The notes under the pieces: model-generated
Seen by the model: only the letters and a program-made list of their open reading frames with translations
What the model was told of the DNA's origin: nothing
The model's database searches: none
Program-made: the position numbers and the translations under genes
Part shown: in pieces, positions 61,101 through 64,000 of the stretch
How positions within the stretch are numbered: position 1 is the first letter of the stretch
How the letters are laid out: every line of letters begins with the position of its first letter
Assembly: GCA_965655095.1 (NCBI GenBank)
Contig: OZ296653.1
Coordinates: forward strand, 26,908,001 to 26,972,000
From: Haplodiscus bocki
Lineage: Eukaryota
Length of the DNA stretch: 64,000 nucleotides
Reading direction: 5' to 3'

Positions 61101-63291
61101 ATGCTAAATCTCTGGCAACAAGTTCATTTTTTGTCCCAGCGTTTTCTCGAAACTTTTCTTTCAATTCTTTCAATTCATTCAACAGCCTCGGCATCTGGCA
61201 CTGCATCTCTGGAATGGAAATTTGATATCATTCCCGGCCAAACTCCTGGCGCAGTCCCCACTAATGCTATTATCTTCAATCACATAACGAAAATTTTGCT
61301 TGTGAAAAATTTGTGAATCTGGAGTTTCTTGCCCCGTTTCCGAAGTTTGGAGTGAAGGCGAGTGCAGAGCTAGGCGCCTACATTGAAAAAATCGGACTTT
61401 TTGGCAACACCCAAGTTGGCAATGCCACTTGGACTATTAGACGAATTTTCAAAAGAACCAGGCAACTTTTGACATAGAGTGGTAGCTCCATCAAGTGGAG
61501 GAGGAAGTGGGTCTTTTAGAGCAAGAGCTAGATGCTCTCCGCATAAACACTTCTTCCTTCTTCAATACAGACGACAGTACCGTCATGACTGCAAAACACC
61601 GAAAGCCGAGGGCAGCGCTGGTCCCGATGATGGCATCCGCGTCAGTCGGCCTCTTTGTCTTAGGAATAGCACTAGGTGACGGTAGTTGCACAATAGGAGG
61701 TTTGTTGGATCATGCGAGGATCGCGCAAAACAAGGCAGTGAATATTGAACAAATAGCGGACTCTACAGAAAGCCTAGGGCAGGACGTATTTTGAAAACGA
61801 AGCGAAGTAAAAGACAAAATTTGCATGCCTACCGCAATTTTAGCAGCATTAAAAACCGTTCAAGAGGAAATGCCAGACGTTAACAACCGGTACTTGAGAT
61901 GTATAGAAAAACAGTTTGCAATTTTTGAACGTATTATTCATATCCTTCGGAATTTGGATCAGTTAATGCTTTCCGGGTAACAAATACATTTTAATTTTCA
62001 CACGAGTTCATCACTACTAGCGATTACATTTACAAACAATAAAAGCTGTCGAGAGGCCTTATATACATACAAAGTCAACATGATGAACTCGATACAACCT
62101 CTTCTCACTTACTGTCTTCCGATGTCCATAGTTCCACGCGATTCCTTCTTTGCAAAATTAGTAGACGTCGCAGCGGAACAGAGGTGCAAATTGAATCGAC
62201 TTACGTTAGCTATAGCTATGGATGTGATAATTGCTTAATATGAAGCTAAACTACTTCGAGACGTCAATGCGGTTGAACAGGGACTCTTATGGGGCATTGC
62301 AAAACTTCTAGCACTGAAATATACAACGTTCACGGTATTTCGCGCTGTCGCACTTCTGATGTTGCAACCCGAGTCAGATCTTACGATAAAATGGAAACTA
62401 GAAGCTTCCCACCAAGCCATTTCAGAGAACGACAAAGAAACAGCATTTTTAACTGATTCTGACTTGTCAAGATGTTTAGGGGTGTCTCGCTATCAATAAA
62501 CCTAGACATGATTGCAACAGAAATAGGTCAAGTTTTTTGTTCAGCAACTCTCTTTTTCAAAAATTGCGTGGCCCCTTTACAATTTTGCGAAACAGAGCAA
62601 CTAGTTGTGCCGGTGACTGAAAAAACAGGAAACTTGGCTAACGGAGTTTGGCTAATTTCATCCGCTACTACTGCATACGTTTTCTGATTCCGATATGGAG
62701 TCGACCTTGTCTACCGGAATCGTTAAATAACCGGGACACCGCATTTGCATCATTACTTTGAAATGCGGAAAACAACCTCCAGGAGATCACATTAAAAAAC
62801 GTTGGGAATTAAGTACCTGCGATGTTCTTCCTTCAGTAAAAGTAAATGTCAAAATTCCAGATCCTTTAAAAGCACTGTAGAGTGAACTTCCTGAAATCGA
62901 CGATAAGCCTTGTTTCTCGAGTTAGAATGAAGCACGCGTTGTTACGCTTCATGAAGTACGCGAAAAACTACTAGATAGTCCGAAAATGCGCAATCCGAAA
63001 AAACTATTAGAAATAGCACGACCTATTACGTCAAAAATGGCCAATTTACGCCCTTCCCTTTCACGCGAGTTCAAGTCCAACTTATCCACTCGTCGTTCAA
63101 CTTTTTTGAGGGATATCTATTTCGTTGTGTCTATGATGCTTCACATGATTTTTATCTGGCTCCACCAAAGGTTTAAACACCGTCATCCCAACACACCTCT
63201 CCGGTGTGGGTTATTTTGTCATAGAAAACCTCGCCGTGCCGATAGTCGGATGAGCATGAATTATATGTCAGAATCCGCCGTTGACCATTAA
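61101..63291 (+). pseudogene. Decayed env-like class I fusion glycoprotein gene
   Basis: Signal-peptide-like N-terminus, basic cleavage site KHRKPR followed by hydrophobic AALVPMMASASVGLFVLGIALG and a heptad-like segment, Cys-containing ectodomain pieces, and a C-terminal hydrophobic IYFVVSMMLHMIFIWL followed by a basic tail. Many stops and frameshifts. Confidence 0.7.
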
Positions 63292-63885
63292 TCATACGAT
63301 TATTTCAAAAAGGTGGGAGCTTCTGCTAGAACGTTAGCGGAAAAGGACTCTGTTCTTGCATTCGGTACATTGAAGCAAAGAAAGTCCGCTCCGGATTTCC
63401 GAAAACACCACGACTAGTGGTTGACAACGCTCAGCACATGGCTGAGCAGCGTTATTCGCAGACTGAGTTTTGTTTTATGAATTTGGCTGTAAACAAAAAA
63501 AGAGTCGACCGAAACGATAGCCGTTAGGTCCACCCTGCGGTAGAAGGGACAAGATATATCTTTTTCTCTAATCCTGACTGTTTTCAACTTCAGTTCATCT
63601 TTTCATAAACTGTTATCATTTGTTTCTTTTTCAACTCTAGTGCATATATATCGGTAAATTAAATAGACGAGCCATTGCGCTGGTTGGCTGTGTGATTGGC
63701 TATAAAACTTTCAACAACTTTTCCTCAATAGACTCTGTTTTGCTGACTACATGTTAACTCATTTCTTCTTTCAAACATGCTTGGATATGATTATGATTGT
63801 ACGTGTTCCCTCCGGAATACACGGCACACTACTCTGTTGGGCTACAAGCCTTCCTTCGCTTCCACTCGATGATGACAACTCCCTG

Positions 63886-64000
63886 TGGGGAAGTGAGTAG
63901 GCAGCAGGGTAGTGTAACATTCCATGTTATGCTTGACCTAAATGAAAGACTTTTATCTTACTGATTGTCTGGAAAACTTTTTATTCTTATCTAGTATTTT
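63886..64000 (+). mobile_element. Candidate polypurine tract and start of family C 3' LTR (TGTAAC at 63913)
   Basis: Purine-rich GGGGAAGTGAGTAGGCAGCAGGGTAG directly followed by TGTAAC, downstream of the env-like gene. No matching 5' LTR lies in the window. Confidence 0.35.

Overview
Eukaryotic (animal) genomic DNA, AT-rich and almost entirely transposon-derived. The only clear host gene is an intronless BBS5 (1332-2375). The centrepiece is a young, structurally complete 16.4-kb Ty3/Gypsy LTR retrotransposon (25099-41541). It has 1961-bp TG..CA LTRs, an ACGTC target-site duplication and gag/pol joined by a T TTA AAC -1 frameshift. Its architecture is unusual in four ways. (i) gag starts about 600 nt inside the LTR and reads through an in-frame tandem array of eight LTR-end/primer-binding-site units. 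(ii) It carries an antisense four-exon gene of about 1270 aa with three phase-0 GT-AG introns, encoding a BED-zinc-finger, hAT-transposase-like protein. (iii) A sense 260-aa ORF ends inside the 3' LTR, and its C-terminus is conserved in a diverged sister LTR family. (iv) It has no canonical polypurine tract. The element sits in one arm of a large nested inverted/direct duplication system spanning about 3.6-45.9 kb, with fold-back centres near 6.9 kb and 15.2 kb and a 2.3-kb tandem triplication. Other contents are Penelope-like remnants with a PHD finger inside the RT domain, LINE RT remnants, a decayed sister Gypsy copy, and a decayed env-bearing Gypsy element with a TARG1/OARD1-like macrodomain. 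All calls come from reading the sequence by eye; no searches were run.
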